Source: an uncultured Anaerolineaceae bacterium
GTDB lineage: Bacteria; Chloroflexota; Limnocylindria; Limnocylindrales; CSP1-4
DNA: 55,323 bases
Assembly: GCA_964610835.1 (NCBI GenBank)
Contig: CAZSWK010000005.1
Span: 1-55,323 of the forward strand
Reading direction: 5' to 3'
Shown here: piece by piece, positions 1-12,916 of the stretch
Layout of the letters: each line of letters starts with the position of its first letter
Position numbering within the stretch: position 1 is the stretch's first letter
Position numbers and translations under genes: made by a program
Notes under the pieces: model-generated
Database searches by the model: none
What the model was told of the DNA's origin: nothing
What the model saw: only the letters and a program-made list of their open reading frames with translations

Positions 1-1128
1 CTGCTCGACTCAGACGGCCGGCGCGTGACAATCCAGGACTCGAGCGGCGCCATCCTGGTCCGGCTGCCGGACAACGAGTCGACGGCGGTCGGTGACCGGA
101 TCCGGGTGAGCGGCGTCGTGGGCACCTACTACGGCGCGCCGCAGCTCGCCGCCGACAGCCTGCGCGGCCTCTCGCGCACGAAGCTCAGCGCCCTCGTCGT
201 GCGCTCGGCTCCGCTGACGACCGCGCTCGAGTGGCGGCTGGTGACGGTCACGGGGGAGATCGGCTCGGTCAGCCGCGACGGCGACACCTGGCACGCCGAA
301 CTCATGCTTGACGGCGGCTCGATCCCGGTGAGCGGCCTGAGTCGCAGCGGCATCCCGGCGACGGCCGTGGAGGAGGGCCGGAGCGCAACCGTCACCGGCC
401 TGGTGAAGCGCGCCTATCCAACCGCGAGCGACCAGCGCTTCGCACTGGTGCCGCGTGGGCCGAGCGACGTCGTGCTCGGAGAAGCCGTGGCGCCGCAGGG
501 TTCGCCTTCGCCGTCCGCGGCGCCGCCGGGCGACGCTCCGCCTCAATCGAGCGATTCGCCAGCTCCACTGGACACCGCCACCGGCACGGGCGGGCTGACC
601 GACATCGCACTTGCCGATCTGGGCGCGTACCTGGGTGACACGGTCACGGTGGGCGGCCGAGTCGTGGCGGTGGGCCGCGACGCGATCATGATCAGCGACG
701 AGAGCGGCAGCGCCACGCTGCTGCTCGGCGGGCCGGCTGCCGATCTGGCCGCCGCCTTCATCCCGGGCGATCTCCTGAACGCGACGGGCATCGTCGTCGA
801 CGGGCCGGACGGATTGCCGGCGATCGCGGTCGCCGACCCGGCTGCCATCACGCGCCTTGTGCAGGTGGCCGCAACATTGCCAGTCCCCACGCAGTCGCCA
901 GCGCCGTCTTCGTGGCCGGTCGCAGTGGCCTCCGGGCCCGCCGTGGACTCCCCTGACTCGCCCGGACCGCTGTCGCTGGTGCTGCTCGTCGCGCTTATGC
1001 TCGGCGGCGCCGGGCTAATGGCCATTGCCCATCCGCGAGTCCGAGCCGCCGCTGTGCGGCGCGTGACCGGCACCCGGGTGCACCTTTCCATGCCGCGCAG
1101 GCCGCACCCGAAACGTGACTCCGGTTGA
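1..1128 (+). CDS. Membrane-anchored protein with repeated OB-fold-like segments (5'-truncated)
   Basis: Frame is open from base 1 (LLDSDGRRVTIQDSSG...). Repeated 'V.V.G.V' beta motifs (GDRIRVSGVV, LVTVTGEI, GDTVTVGGRV), Pro/Ser linkers, C-terminal hydrophobic helix followed by basic residues. Confidence 0.65.
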   Translation: MLDSDGRRVTIQDSSGAILVRLPDNESTAVGDRIRVSGVVGTYYGAPQLAADSLRGLSRTKLSALVVRSAPLTTALEWRLVTVTGEIGSVSRDGDTWHAELMLDGGSIPVSGLSRSGIPATAVEEGRSATVTGLVKRAYPTASDQRFALVPRGPSDVVLGEAVAPQGSPSPSAAPPGDAPPQSSDSPAPLDTATGTGGLTDIALADLGAYLGDTVTVGGRVVAVGRDAIMISDESGSATLLLGGPAADLAAAFIPGDLLNATGIVVDGPDGLPAIAVADPAAITRLVQVAATLPVPTQSPAPSSWPVAVASGPAVDSPDSPGPLSLVLLVALMLGGAGLMAIAHPRVRAAAVRRVTGTRVHLSMPRRPHPKRDSG

Positions 1129-1221
1129 CGGGACAAAGAAAGCCGGCGTTCTGATCACACTGGGCCGGGGGCGGCAGGGTGCGACATTTGGGTACCCCTT
1201 ATCTCTTATCCCCCGGCACGG

Positions 1222-1251
1222 TTGACGCTCGCGCCACGCACGGCCTATGGT
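1222..1251 (+). promoter_or_regulatory. Sigma70-type promoter for the nucleoside phosphorylase gene
   Basis: TTGACG (1222-1227), 18-nt spacer, TATGGT (1246-1251); SD GAGGAGG before GTG 1298. Confidence 0.55.
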
Positions 1252-1297
1252 CGCGCGCACCTTCGCTCCGGCGTGGAGCGTTCAGCGAGGAGGGCCT

Positions 1298-2152
1298 GTG
1301 CCGACCGCCGACCGCCGCATGGCAGTGCCCGATACCGACCGGCAGTACCACATCGATCTCGGGCCGGGCGAGTTGGCCGAGTACATCCTGCTGCCCGGCG
1401 ATCCAGACCGGACGGCCAGGGTCGCCGCACGCTTCGACGAGGTGGAGTTCGAGAAGCGCCACCGCGAATTCGCCTCGGCCACCGGCAGCTTCCACGGCCG
1501 GCGCATGTCCGTCGTTTCCACCGGCATCGGCGCCGACAACATCGAAATCGTTCTGGCCGAGATCCTCGCGCTCACCAGCCATCCGACGCTCATCCGCGTC
1601 GGATCGTCCGGTGTCCTGCGCGACGACATCGGGCTGGGGGACCTGGTTATCACGACCGGTGCGGTGCGTCTGGAGACGACGACCAACTACTTCGTCCACG
1701 AGGGCTACCCGGCGGTCGCCCACTACGAGGCCGTGGCCGCGCTGGTGGAGGCGGCGCACAGACTGGGCCGGCGCGCGCACCTCGGCATCACCGCCACGGC
1801 GCCCGGGTTCTACGGGGCGCAGGCGAGGCCGATCCCGCAACTGCCCATCCGGTTTCCCGGGCTCGCCGACGAGATGGCGCGCCAGGGCGTGCTCAACTTC
1901 GAAATGGAAGCTTCAGCCCTGCTCGTGCTCGCCACGTTGGCAAGATGCCGTGCGGGAGTCGTCTGTTCCGCGTACGCTCAACGCGTGAGTGGTGCGTTCG
2001 CCTCGCAAGAGCAGCGCGAGCAAGCCGATACTGCGTGCGTCGAGGTCGGCCTGGAGGCTCTCAGCCTCCTGGCGGAGATGGAAGACGCGGTGCGCGCCGC
2101 TGGTGAGTTGCACTGGCGGCCCTCACTGTGGGTGCCGGTAATGGCATCCTGA
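1298..2152 (+). CDS. udp: Uridine phosphorylase / PNP-UDP-1 family nucleoside phosphorylase
   Basis: Motifs LLPGDPDR, HREF, STGIG, IRVGSSG, NFEMEAS; GTG start after GAGGAGG. Confidence 0.85.
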   Translation: MPTADRRMAVPDTDRQYHIDLGPGELAEYILLPGDPDRTARVAARFDEVEFEKRHREFASATGSFHGRRMSVVSTGIGADNIEIVLAEILALTSHPTLIRVGSSGVLRDDIGLGDLVITTGAVRLETTTNYFVHEGYPAVAHYEAVAALVEAAHRLGRRAHLGITATAPGFYGAQARPIPQLPIRFPGLADEMARQGVLNFEMEASALLVLATLARCRAGVVCSAYAQRVSGAFASQEQREQADTACVEVGLEALSLLAEMEDAVRAAGELHWRPSLWVPVMAS

Positions 2153-2219
2153 TGTATGACGGTGGAGCGGCACCAGCCCGACTCGCCGGCAAAACCCGAC
2201 CCTAGGGGAAGGAGGAGAG

Positions 2220-2360
2220 GTGGCTGAAGCCTATTGCGTCAGGGACAAGATGAAGGTGGAGATCCAGAACCCGCAGAAGATCACGATGAAGAATGGCAAG
2301 CCGGCCATTAAAGGCACGTGTCCGAAGTGCGGTAACAGCGTCTTCCGCATCGGCGCCTGA
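2220..2360 (+). CDS. 46-aa zinc-ribbon-like small protein (DUF5679-like), absent from the ORF track
   Basis: MAEAYCVRDKMKVEIQNPQKITMKNGKPAIKGTCPKCGNSVFRIGA; SD AGGAGG, GTG start, followed by a terminator. Confidence 0.85.
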   Translation: MAEAYCVRDKMKVEIQNPQKITMKNGKPAIKGTCPKCGNSVFRIGA

Positions 2361-2384
2361 CGGCATCGAAGTCAGGTTCCTGAC

Positions 2385-2413
2385 AAAGGCCCCGGCCCAC
2401 GCCGGGGCCTTTT
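2385..2413 (+). terminator. Intrinsic terminator
   Basis: AAAGGCCCCGGC-ccac-GCCGGGGCCTTTT perfect stem with T-tract. Confidence 0.85.
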
Positions 2414-2458
2414 CGCTACCCGTCGGGAGCCCTGCCGGTCATCAATACAATCGATTCT

Positions 2459-3502
2459 GTGACCGTCGCGCCTGACCCCGGCGACCTCGCCCGGCCGGTC
2501 CTGGCGCTCGACCTGGGCGGTACCCAGCTGCGCACCGCGCTGGTGCTGGCCGACGGGCGCCTCGTCGCTCGCCGCGCCGTCGCGACACCGCGTGCCGATG
2601 CCGAGGCAATCACCGCCGCCTGCGTCGACGCCCTGTCGGCGACGCTGCATCAGGCGGCCGCAGCGGGCGCCGGACCGCCGCGCGCTCTCGGCATCTCGGC
2701 CCCCGGGCCGCTCGATCCTTTTTCCGGAGTGCTGCTCGACCCGCCAAACCTCGATCGCAGCCTGTGGGACTTTCCGCTGGCGTCGCGCCTGGGCGCGGCG
2801 CTCGAGCTGACCGCGGTGATGGCGCTCGATGTGCATGCCGCGGCTCTTGCCGAGGGACGTTTTGGAGCCGCGCGCGGCCTGACTGACTACGTCTACCTGA
2901 CGATTTCGACCGGCGTGGGCGGCGCTGTGGTCACCGGCGGGCGGCTGATGCGCGGTCCGGACGGCGTAGCCGGCGAGCTCGGTCACCTGACGATCGACAT
3001 CGACGGACCGCCATGCGGCTGCGGCGCGCGCGGCCATCTCGAGGCCATCGCGTCGGGGACGGGCATCGCCAGAGCCGCGCGCGAGCTCGGCCTTGGTGAT
3101 ATCGACGCCGCCGCGGTCGCGGCGGCTGAGGAGCGCGGTGATGCCATTGCCGAGCGGATCATGGGACGCGCGCGCGACGCGTTCGCCGCGGCACTGATAA
3201 CGATCGTCGACGTCTTCAATCCGCAGCGCGTGATCGTTGGCGGTGGCATCGCGCTGGGGCAGGGCGATCGGTTGCTGGAGCCCGCCCGCGAGGCTGTGCG
3301 CAGGGTCGCCTATCGGCGCCAGGCCCAGCGGGTCGAGGTCGTTCCGGCCGCGCTCGGTGACGACGTCGGGCTGATCGGCACGCTGGCGATCGCCGATCTT
3401 GATCCCGTGGGCGATCATGGAAGAAGTCAGGAGGTTGTATCGGGAGCGGGCCATGTGGCCCTACCAGCAGCACCGTCTGCTGCGGACGATGACCCGGTAT
3501 AG
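2459..3502 (+). CDS. ROK family sugar kinase (glucokinase-like)
   Basis: DLGGT, GISAPG, TISTGVGG, GELGH, CGCGARGHLE motifs; TACAAT 7 nt before the GTG. Confidence 0.9.
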   Translation: MTVAPDPGDLARPVLALDLGGTQLRTALVLADGRLVARRAVATPRADAEAITAACVDALSATLHQAAAAGAGPPRALGISAPGPLDPFSGVLLDPPNLDRSLWDFPLASRLGAALELTAVMALDVHAAALAEGRFGAARGLTDYVYLTISTGVGGAVVTGGRLMRGPDGVAGELGHLTIDIDGPPCGCGARGHLEAIASGTGIARAARELGLGDIDAAAVAAAEERGDAIAERIMGRARDAFAAALITIVDVFNPQRVIVGGGIALGQGDRLLEPAREAVRRVAYRRQAQRVEVVPAALGDDVGLIGTLAIADLDPVGDHGRSQEVVSGAGHVALPAAPSAADDDPV

Positions 3503-3581
3503 AGAACGATCGATCACACGCTGCGGCTCCTTCTGAGGGCCGTGCGTTGACCAGCCGCGAATCGACGACAAGGAGTTGGCA

Positions 3582-4616
3582 ATGACTGTTCGTGTGGGCA
3601 TCAACGGCTTCGGGCGTATCGGCCGGCAATCGCTCAAGGCAATTCTCGAGCGCACTACGGGCATCGACGTCGTTGCCATCAACGATCTCGTCGACACCGA
3701 GATGAACGCGCTCCTCTTCCGCTACGACTCCACGTACGGCCGCTACTCCGGCACCGTCGAGCACACGGATGACTCGCTGATCATCGACGGCCGCCAGATC
3801 AAGGTGCTCAAGGAGAAGGACCCCGCCGCACTCCCGTGGAAGGAACTGGGGGTCGACGTGGTGATCGAGTCGACGGGCCTGTTCACCGATGCCGACAAGG
3901 CGCGCGCACATCTACAGGCCGGTGCGCGCAAGGTGATCATCAGCGCGCCAGCCAAGCACGAGGACGTGACCATCGTGCTCGGGGTCAACGAGAAGATGTA
4001 TGACCCCGACAAGCACGACGTGATCAGCAACGCGAGCTGCACGACTAACTGCCTGGCGCCGGTCGCCAAGGTGGTCCAGGACGAGTTCGGCATCGTGCGC
4101 GGCCTGATGACGACAATTCACTCGTACACCAACGACCAGCGCGTGCTGGACGTGGTCCACAAGGACCCGCGGCGAGCGAGATCGGCCGGCCAGAACATCA
4201 TCCCCACGACCACCGGCGCGGCGCGCGCGCTGGCCCTCGTGATCCCCGAGCTCAAGGGCAAGTTCGACGGCTTTTCCCTGCGTGTTCCGACGCCCACGGT
4301 GAGCGTCGTCGACTTCACCGCCCAGCTCCAGCGCGAGGCGACCGTCGAGGCGCTGAACGACGCTTTCCGCAGCGTCGCGGCAGGGGCGATGGAGGGCGTC
4401 CTGGGCGTCACCGATGAGCCGCTCGTGTCGATGGACTTCAAGGGCGACAGCCGCTCCTCGATCGTCGATGCGCGCTCGACGATGGTCATCGGCGACCTGG
4501 TCAAGGTCATTGCCTGGTACGACAACGAGTGGGGCTACAGCTGCCGCGTGGCGGACCTGACCGCCTATGTCGGCGAACGACTGCCCGAACGCGAGATGGC
4601 TTCGGCGGGCGCCTGA
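3582..4616 (+). CDS. gap: Type I glyceraldehyde-3-phosphate dehydrogenase
   Basis: [30 protein letters not shown]. Confidence 0.98.
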   Translation: MTVRVGINGFGRIGRQSLKAILERTTGIDVVAINDLVDTEMNALLFRYDSTYGRYSGTVEHTDDSLIIDGRQIKVLKEKDPAALPWKELGVDVVIESTGLFTDADKARAHLQAGARKVIISAPAKHEDVTIVLGVNEKMYDPDKHDVISNASCTTNCLAPVAKVVQDEFGIVRGLMTTIHSYTNDQRVLDVVHKDPRRARSAGQNIIPTTTGAARALALVIPELKGKFDGFSLRVPTPTVSVVDFTAQLQREATVEALNDAFRSVAAGAMEGVLGVTDEPLVSMDFKGDSRSSIVDARSTMVIGDLVKVIAWYDNEWGYSCRVADLTAYVGERLPEREMASAGA

Positions 4617-4655
4617 CCCGCTCGCTGCCAGGCCACTCAAGAGCGAGTTCCAGCC

Positions 4656-4682
4656 GCGGGCGCCCGGCCGCCGGGCGTCCGC
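4656..4682 (+). other. Strong intergenic hairpin between gap and pgk
   Basis: GCGGGCGCCCGG-ccg-CCGGGCGTCCGC, 12 bp with one G-U, no U-tract. Confidence 0.5.
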
Positions 4683-4707
4683 CGACAAACCACGAAGGCA
4701 GGGTGCA

Positions 4708-7804
<3,097 letters not shown>

Positions 7805-7812
7805 CGGATCAC

Positions 7813-7832
7813 CGCCGCGCAGGTACGCGGCG
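7813..7832. terminator. Hairpin between convergent genes (possible terminator)
   Basis: CGCCGCG-caggta-CGCGGCG; no T-tract. Confidence 0.35.
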
Positions 7833-7871
7833 CCCGCCGATGGCGCGGGGCACTGCTTGGCGCAAAAGGAA

Positions 7872-8537
7872 CTACTTGGCGCGCGAGCGCGATGCCTTGG
7901 GGGCCTTCTCCTGGTCGGCCGTGGCGGCCTTCTTGCGGGCAGCAGTCTTGGCTGCCGGCTTGCCGGTGGCCTTCGCCGCCGATTTGGCGCTGCTGGCGCG
8001 CGTGCGCGGCTTCTCTTCGACCGCAGGCTCGGCTTTGGCCGCCGCGGCCGCGCGCGGCTTGGCCGCAGCGGCGCGGGTGCTGCGGGCGAGGGCGGCACGT
8101 GCCTTGCCGGCAGCGGTCTGCTCGCCCTTGGCCTTGCTCGCCTTCGAGGCGGCGATCCGTGCGCGCGCCTGCTTGGCCGACTGAGCCTTGCTCGTGGAGC
8201 GCGCCTGGGCCGGCACCGCCGCGATCTCGCCGCCGAGCGCGGCATTGACCTTGAGCATCAGCCGGCTCTTGCGGCGACTGGCTGCGTTGGCGTGAATCGC
8301 ACCGATCTTGGCGGCGCGGTCGAGAGCCGAAACGGCACGCTGTACGGAAGCCTGTACCTCCTGCGCGTCGCCGCCATTGCTGGCTGCCTCCGCTGCGCTG
8401 GCCAACGCTCGAGCGACGAGTGTCTTGGCCGCAGTGCGCCGTGGCTGGTTGATGGCGCGCCGCCGCTGCGCCTGGCGGACGTTCTTGATGGCCGATGGAG
8501 TGCGGGCGCCGGTCCAACCGCGCGGTGAATGAGCCAA
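7872..8537 (-). CDS. rpsT: 30S ribosomal protein S20 with long Ala/Lys/Arg-rich C-terminal tail
   Basis: SAIKNVRQAQRRRAIN...LDRAAKIGAIHANAASRRKSRL core; TTG start after GAGGA; 221 aa, of which about 118 aa are low-complexity tail. Confidence 0.9.
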   Translation of the reverse strand: MAHSPRGWTGARTPSAIKNVRQAQRRRAINQPRRTAAKTLVARALASAAEAASNGGDAQEVQASVQRAVSALDRAAKIGAIHANAASRRKSRLMLKVNAALGGEIAAVPAQARSTSKAQSAKQARARIAASKASKAKGEQTAAGKARAALARSTRAAAAKPRAAAAAKAEPAVEEKPRTRASSAKSAAKATGKPAAKTAARKKAATADQEKAPKASRSRAK

Positions 8538-8787
8538 GTTCGTCAGTCCTCGGGTGAAGTCGCTGTTGCCTGAAAGCGCCGGTTTCACAGGATCAGGCCC
8601 TGGACCGGGCGCGACGAGTGATGGTAACACCCGTGCCGGACGGCCGCCCTTCTTCGTGTCACGGGCGGAGCATTCCATGTGCTAACCTGCCGCGCGCCTT
8701 GAGGCTATGGTGCGGAGGACCGGTGGGCGACGCCGGGCATGCAATGAGGTGCATCCTCCTTCTAACCAGCGAGGCGATCGAACGAGC

Positions 8788-9825
8788 ATGCGGATACTGC
8801 TGACAGGACACGAGGGCTATATCGGTGCCGTGATGGCGCCACAGCTCGAGGCGGCCGGGCACGATGTGGTGGGACTCGACAGTGGCCTGTTCGCCCAGTG
8901 CACGTTCGGCCAAGAGCCCAGGCCCATCCCCTCGCTGGCCAAGGACGTGCGCGACGTCGTCGCCGCGGACCTGCGCGGTTTCGACGCCGTGCTGCACCTC
9001 GCCGGCCTCTCGAATGACCCGCTGGGTGACCTGAACCCGGCACTCACGTACGAGATCAACCACCATGCTTCGGTGCGCCTGGCCGAGCTCGCCAAGCAGG
9101 CGGGCGTGAGGCGTTACCTGTTCTCCTCGTCATGCAGCAACTACGGTGCGGCAGGCGTCGCCTACCGCACCGAGGAGTCCGAGCTGGCGCCGTTGACGCC
9201 CTACGCGGTATCGAAGGTTCGGGTCGAACGCGACGTCGCGAAGCTGGCCGACGACAACTTCAGTCCGGTCTTCCTGCGCAACGCGACGGCCTACGGCGTG
9301 TCGCCCCGAATGCGCTTCGACATCGTGCTCAACAACCTGGTTGCGTGGGCCTACACCACCGGCCGTGTACTGCTCAAGAGCGATGGCACTCCGTGGCGGC
9401 CCATCGTCCACATCGAGGACATCGGCCGCGCATTTCTGGCCGTGCTCGACGCTCCACGCGAGGTCACGCACAACCAGGCGCTCAATGTGGGCTCGACGGC
9501 CGAGAACTACCAGATTCGCCAGCTGGCCGAGATAGTGCGCGAAACCGTCCCCGGCTCGAGCGTGGAGCTCGCCGAGGGCGCCAGCCCCGACCCGCGCAAC
9601 TACCGCGTGGATTTCGCGAAAATCGAGAAGCTGCTGCCAGGCTTCCAGCCGCAGTGGACCGCCCGCCGCGGTGCCCGCGAGCTGGTCGATGCCTATCGGT
9701 CGATCGGCCTGGGCCGGGACGAATATGAAGGCCCGCGCTACAAGCGCATCGCGCACCTGGAACGCATGATGGCCGAAGGCGAGATCGATGCGAACCTGCG
9801 CTGGCGGCACAAGCAGGTGGCCTGA
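8788..9825 (+). CDS. NAD-dependent epimerase/dehydratase (extended SDR)
   Basis: [36 protein letters not shown]. Confidence 0.9.
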   Translation: MRILLTGHEGYIGAVMAPQLEAAGHDVVGLDSGLFAQCTFGQEPRPIPSLAKDVRDVVAADLRGFDAVLHLAGLSNDPLGDLNPALTYEINHHASVRLAELAKQAGVRRYLFSSSCSNYGAAGVAYRTEESELAPLTPYAVSKVRVERDVAKLADDNFSPVFLRNATAYGVSPRMRFDIVLNNLVAWAYTTGRVLLKSDGTPWRPIVHIEDIGRAFLAVLDAPREVTHNQALNVGSTAENYQIRQLAEIVRETVPGSSVELAEGASPDPRNYRVDFAKIEKLLPGFQPQWTARRGARELVDAYRSIGLGRDEYEGPRYKRIAHLERMMAEGEIDANLRWRHKQVA

Positions 9826-9831
9826 GGTCCG

Positions 9832-11061
9832 ATGAGTGCCTGTCGATTCTGTAGCGCGCCGCTGACCCGCACCCTGGTCGATCTCGGCATGTCGCCACTG
9901 TGCGAGAGCTTCGTGGCGCCCGAGGACGAGAACAAGGTGGAGGCCTTCTACCCGCTGCACGCCCGCGTCTGCGACGTGTGCTTCCTGGTGCAGGTCGACG
10001 AATTCGTCCGCCCCGACAACATCTTCACCGAGTACGCCTACTTCTCGTCCTTCTCCGACAGCTGGCTGGCGCACGCCAGGCGCTACGTCGACATGGTCAC
10101 GGACCGCCTATCCCTCGGTCCGTCGAGCAAGGTCGTGGAGCTGGCCAGCAACGATGGCTACCTGCTGCAGTACTTCGTCCAGAAGGGCATTCCCACGCTG
10201 GGCATCGATCCCGCGCTCAACTGCGCCGAGGCAGCACTGGCGAAGGGGGTCGAGACGCTGACCATCATGTTCGGGCGCGACACTGCGCCAGAGGTGGTGG
10301 CCGAGCATGGCCACGCCGACCTCCTCATCGGCAACAACGTGCTGGCGCAGGTGCCCGACCTGAACGGTTTCGTCGCCGGCATGAAGATCCTGCTTGCGCC
10401 ACACGGCGTGGTGACCATGGAGTTCCCCCACCTGCAGCGCCTAATGGATGAGAACCAGTTCGACACCATCTACCACGAGCACTTTTCGTATTTCTCGCTG
10501 CTCACCGTGGAACAGGTCTTCGCCGCGCACGGGCTGGTGCTGTTCGATGTCGAGGAGATACCGACACACGGCGGCTCCTTGCGTATCTGGGCGCGTCACG
10601 CCGAGGACGGCAGCAGGCCGGTTGGCCCCCGCGTGCACGAGCTGCGCGCCCGTGAGGAAGCGGCCGGCTTTCGCGATCCGGCACGCTACGCCTCGTTCAC
10701 CGAGCAGGTCCGCGAGACCAAGCGGCGGGTGCTCGAGTTCCTCATCGACGCTCGTCGGGGCGGTAAATCTGTCGCCGGTTACGGGGCGCCGGGCAAGGGC
10801 AACACGCTGCTCAACTACTGCGGCATCCGCACCGATTTCCTCGACTACACGGTCGATCGCAACCCGTACAAGCACGGTCGCTTTACGCCCGGCACGCACA
10901 TCCCCATCTACCCGCCCGAGCGCATTTTCGAGACGAAGCCCGATTACCTGTTCATCCTGCCGTGGAACCTCAAGGACGAGATCATCGAGCAGATGGCGGG
11001 CATTCGTGCCTGGGGCGGACGGTTCGTGGTGCCCATCCCAGAACTGCGAGTCTACGAATGA
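9832..11061 (+). CDS. NDP-hexose C-methyltransferase family SAM methyltransferase
   Basis: N-terminal CRFC...CDVC zinc motifs, ELASNDG, IYHEHFSY, GYGAPGKGNTLLN, LPWN. Confidence 0.9.
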   Translation: MSACRFCSAPLTRTLVDLGMSPLCESFVAPEDENKVEAFYPLHARVCDVCFLVQVDEFVRPDNIFTEYAYFSSFSDSWLAHARRYVDMVTDRLSLGPSSKVVELASNDGYLLQYFVQKGIPTLGIDPALNCAEAALAKGVETLTIMFGRDTAPEVVAEHGHADLLIGNNVLAQVPDLNGFVAGMKILLAPHGVVTMEFPHLQRLMDENQFDTIYHEHFSYFSLLTVEQVFAAHGLVLFDVEEIPTHGGSLRIWARHAEDGSRPVGPRVHELRAREEAAGFRDPARYASFTEQVRETKRRVLEFLIDARRGGKSVAGYGAPGKGNTLLNYCGIRTDFLDYTVDRNPYKHGRFTPGTHIPIYPPERIFETKPDYLFILPWNLKDEIIEQMAGIRAWGGRFVVPIPELRVYE

Positions 11062-11603
11062 TCTTCGTGCCGACCGCCCTGCCCGGGGCGTTCGTCATCG
11101 AACTCGAGAAGACGGAGGACGAGCGCGGATTCTTCGCCCGCACGTGGAGCGCGCAGGAATTCGCGGCACACGGCCTGAACGCCCGCCTGGTCCAGTGCAG
11201 CACCTCCTTCAACAGCCGCACGGGAACGCTGCGCGGCATGCACTGGCAGTCGGCGCCATTCGAGGAGGCAAAGCTGGTGCGCTGCACCGCTGGCGCAATC
11301 CATGATGTCGTGCTGGATCTGCGGCCAGACTCACCCGCCTACCTGCAGCACCTGGCAATCGAGTTGAGCGCCGCCAACCGGCGCATGCTGTACGTGCCCG
11401 AAGGCTGCGCCCACGGGTTCCAGACGCTGGCCGACGATACCGAGGTCTTCTACCAGATGACCCAGGTCTACTCGGCGGACCACGCACGCGGTGTCCGCTG
11501 GGACGACCCGGCGTTTGGGCTGCCCTGGCCCCCTGGCGAACGGATCATGAACGACCGCGACCGCCTCTACCCGGACTACGCCGGCCCGGCGAGGCGCTCT
11601 TGA
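11058..11603 (+). CDS. rfbC: dTDP-4-dehydrorhamnose 3,5-epimerase family cupin
   Basis: DERGFF, GTLRGMH, KLVRC, GCAHGFQTL, RWDDP. Confidence 0.92.
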   Translation: MIFVPTALPGAFVIELEKTEDERGFFARTWSAQEFAAHGLNARLVQCSTSFNSRTGTLRGMHWQSAPFEEAKLVRCTAGAIHDVVLDLRPDSPAYLQHLAIELSAANRRMLYVPEGCAHGFQTLADDTEVFYQMTQVYSADHARGVRWDDPAFGLPWPPGERIMNDRDRLYPDYAGPARRS

Positions 11604-12916
11604 CGCTCGCCGACGTCCGTCGCAACTTCGACGCCGCAGCCATCGGCCACGAGATGCATGGCCTCGTCGCCGAGCTTTATCCAATCTGCCGAAGCATCAC
11701 CGGCGCCGGCGTGCGCGATACGCTGGCGCGGCTGCGGCGCCAGGTGCCGCTCGAAGTGCACGAGGTGCCGAGTGGCACGGCGGTCCTCGACTGGACGGTC
11801 CCGCCCGAATGGAACATCCGCGACGCGTGGGTGAAGAACGCGGCGGGGGAGCGGGTCGTTGACTTCGGGGAGTCGAACCTGCACGTTCTCAACTACAGCG
11901 TCCCGGTGCATGCGCGCATGACCCTCGACGAGTTGCGGCCGCACCTCTATACCCTGCCCGATCATCCCGACTGGATCCCGTATCGCACGTCGTACTACCA
12001 GGAACGGTGGGGCTTCTGCATGCGCCAGCGCGAACTCGACGAGCTGCCCGAGGGTGAGTACGAGGTTCGCGTCGATTCGACGCTCGAGCCGGGGCACCTC
12101 ACCTACGGTGAATATCTGCTCCCGGGTCGGACGCGAGGCGAGGTCCTGCTCTCGTCCCACGTCTGCCATCCGTCGCTCGCCAACGACAACCTGTCGGGCG
12201 TGGTGGTCGCCCTCTTCCTGGCGCAGATGCTGCGCGGGCTCGAGCTGCGCAATTCGTATCGCTTCCTGTTCATCCCGGGAACGATCGGCTCGATTACCTG
12301 GCTCGCCTCGCATCAGGATGACGTCCAGCGGATCCGGGCCGGACTTGTGCTGGCCTGCCTCGGCGACCCTGGGCCGCCGACCTACAAGCGCAGCCGCCGC
12401 GGCGACACGCTGATCGACAGGGCCGCCGAACGCGTGCTGCGCGCCCGTGGCGGCGAGCCGCGCCTGCGCGAGTTCACTCCCTACGGCTATGACGAGCGCC
12501 AGTACTGCTCGCCTGGTTTCGATCTGCCGGTAGGCAGTCTCTCGCGGACGCCACACGCCGAGTTCCCCGAGTACCACACCTCGGCCGACGACCTGGATCT
12601 CGTGCGCCCGGAGGCGCTGGCCAACTCGCTGGCGCTCGTGCTCGAGATCGTCGCCGCGCTCGAGGCCGACCGGACGTATCTCAACCTGAGCCCGAATGGC
12701 GAGCCACAACTCGGCCGGCGGGGCCTGTACCGCAGCCTGGGCGGGCTGAAGGATGCCGGCGTGGATGAGATGGCCATGCTCTGGGTGCTAAACCTTTCGG
12801 ACGGGCGGCACGGCATTCTCGAGATCGCCGAGCGGTCCGGATATCCGCTCGAGGCGATCGAGAGCACGGTCGCGATGCTGATCGAGAACGGCCTCCTCGC
12901 TGAGGCCACCGAGTGA
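11600..12916 (+). CDS. DUF4910 family aminopeptidase-like protein with C-terminal winged helix
   Basis: YPICRSITG, DWTVPPEWNI, PYRTSYY, HVCHPSLANDNLSG, DERQYCSPG, YHTSAD, GEPQLGRRGLY. Confidence 0.85.
   Translation: MTLADVRRNFDAAAIGHEMHGLVAELYPICRSITGAGVRDTLARLRRQVPLEVHEVPSGTAVLDWTVPPEWNIRDAWVKNAAGERVVDFGESNLHVLNYSVPVHARMTLDELRPHLYTLPDHPDWIPYRTSYYQERWGFCMRQRELDELPEGEYEVRVDSTLEPGHLTYGEYLLPGRTRGEVLLSSHVCHPSLANDNLSGVVVALFLAQMLRGLELRNSYRFLFIPGTIGSITWLASHQDDVQRIRAGLVLACLGDPGPPTYKRSRRGDTLIDRAAERVLRARGGEPRLREFTPYGYDERQYCSPGFDLPVGSLSRTPHAEFPEYHTSADDLDLVRPEALANSLALVLEIVAALEADRTYLNLSPNGEPQLGRRGLYRSLGGLKDAGVDEMAMLWVLNLSDGRHGILEIAERSGYPLEAIESTVAMLIENGLLAEATE

Noticed and set aside
2153-2219. SAM-I-like look (CGGTGGAG..GCCCGA..CCGGCAA..CC) upstream of the microprotein
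   Set aside because: No AUC/GAU P1, no P4, and no sulfur-metabolism gene downstream; the resemblance is weak.
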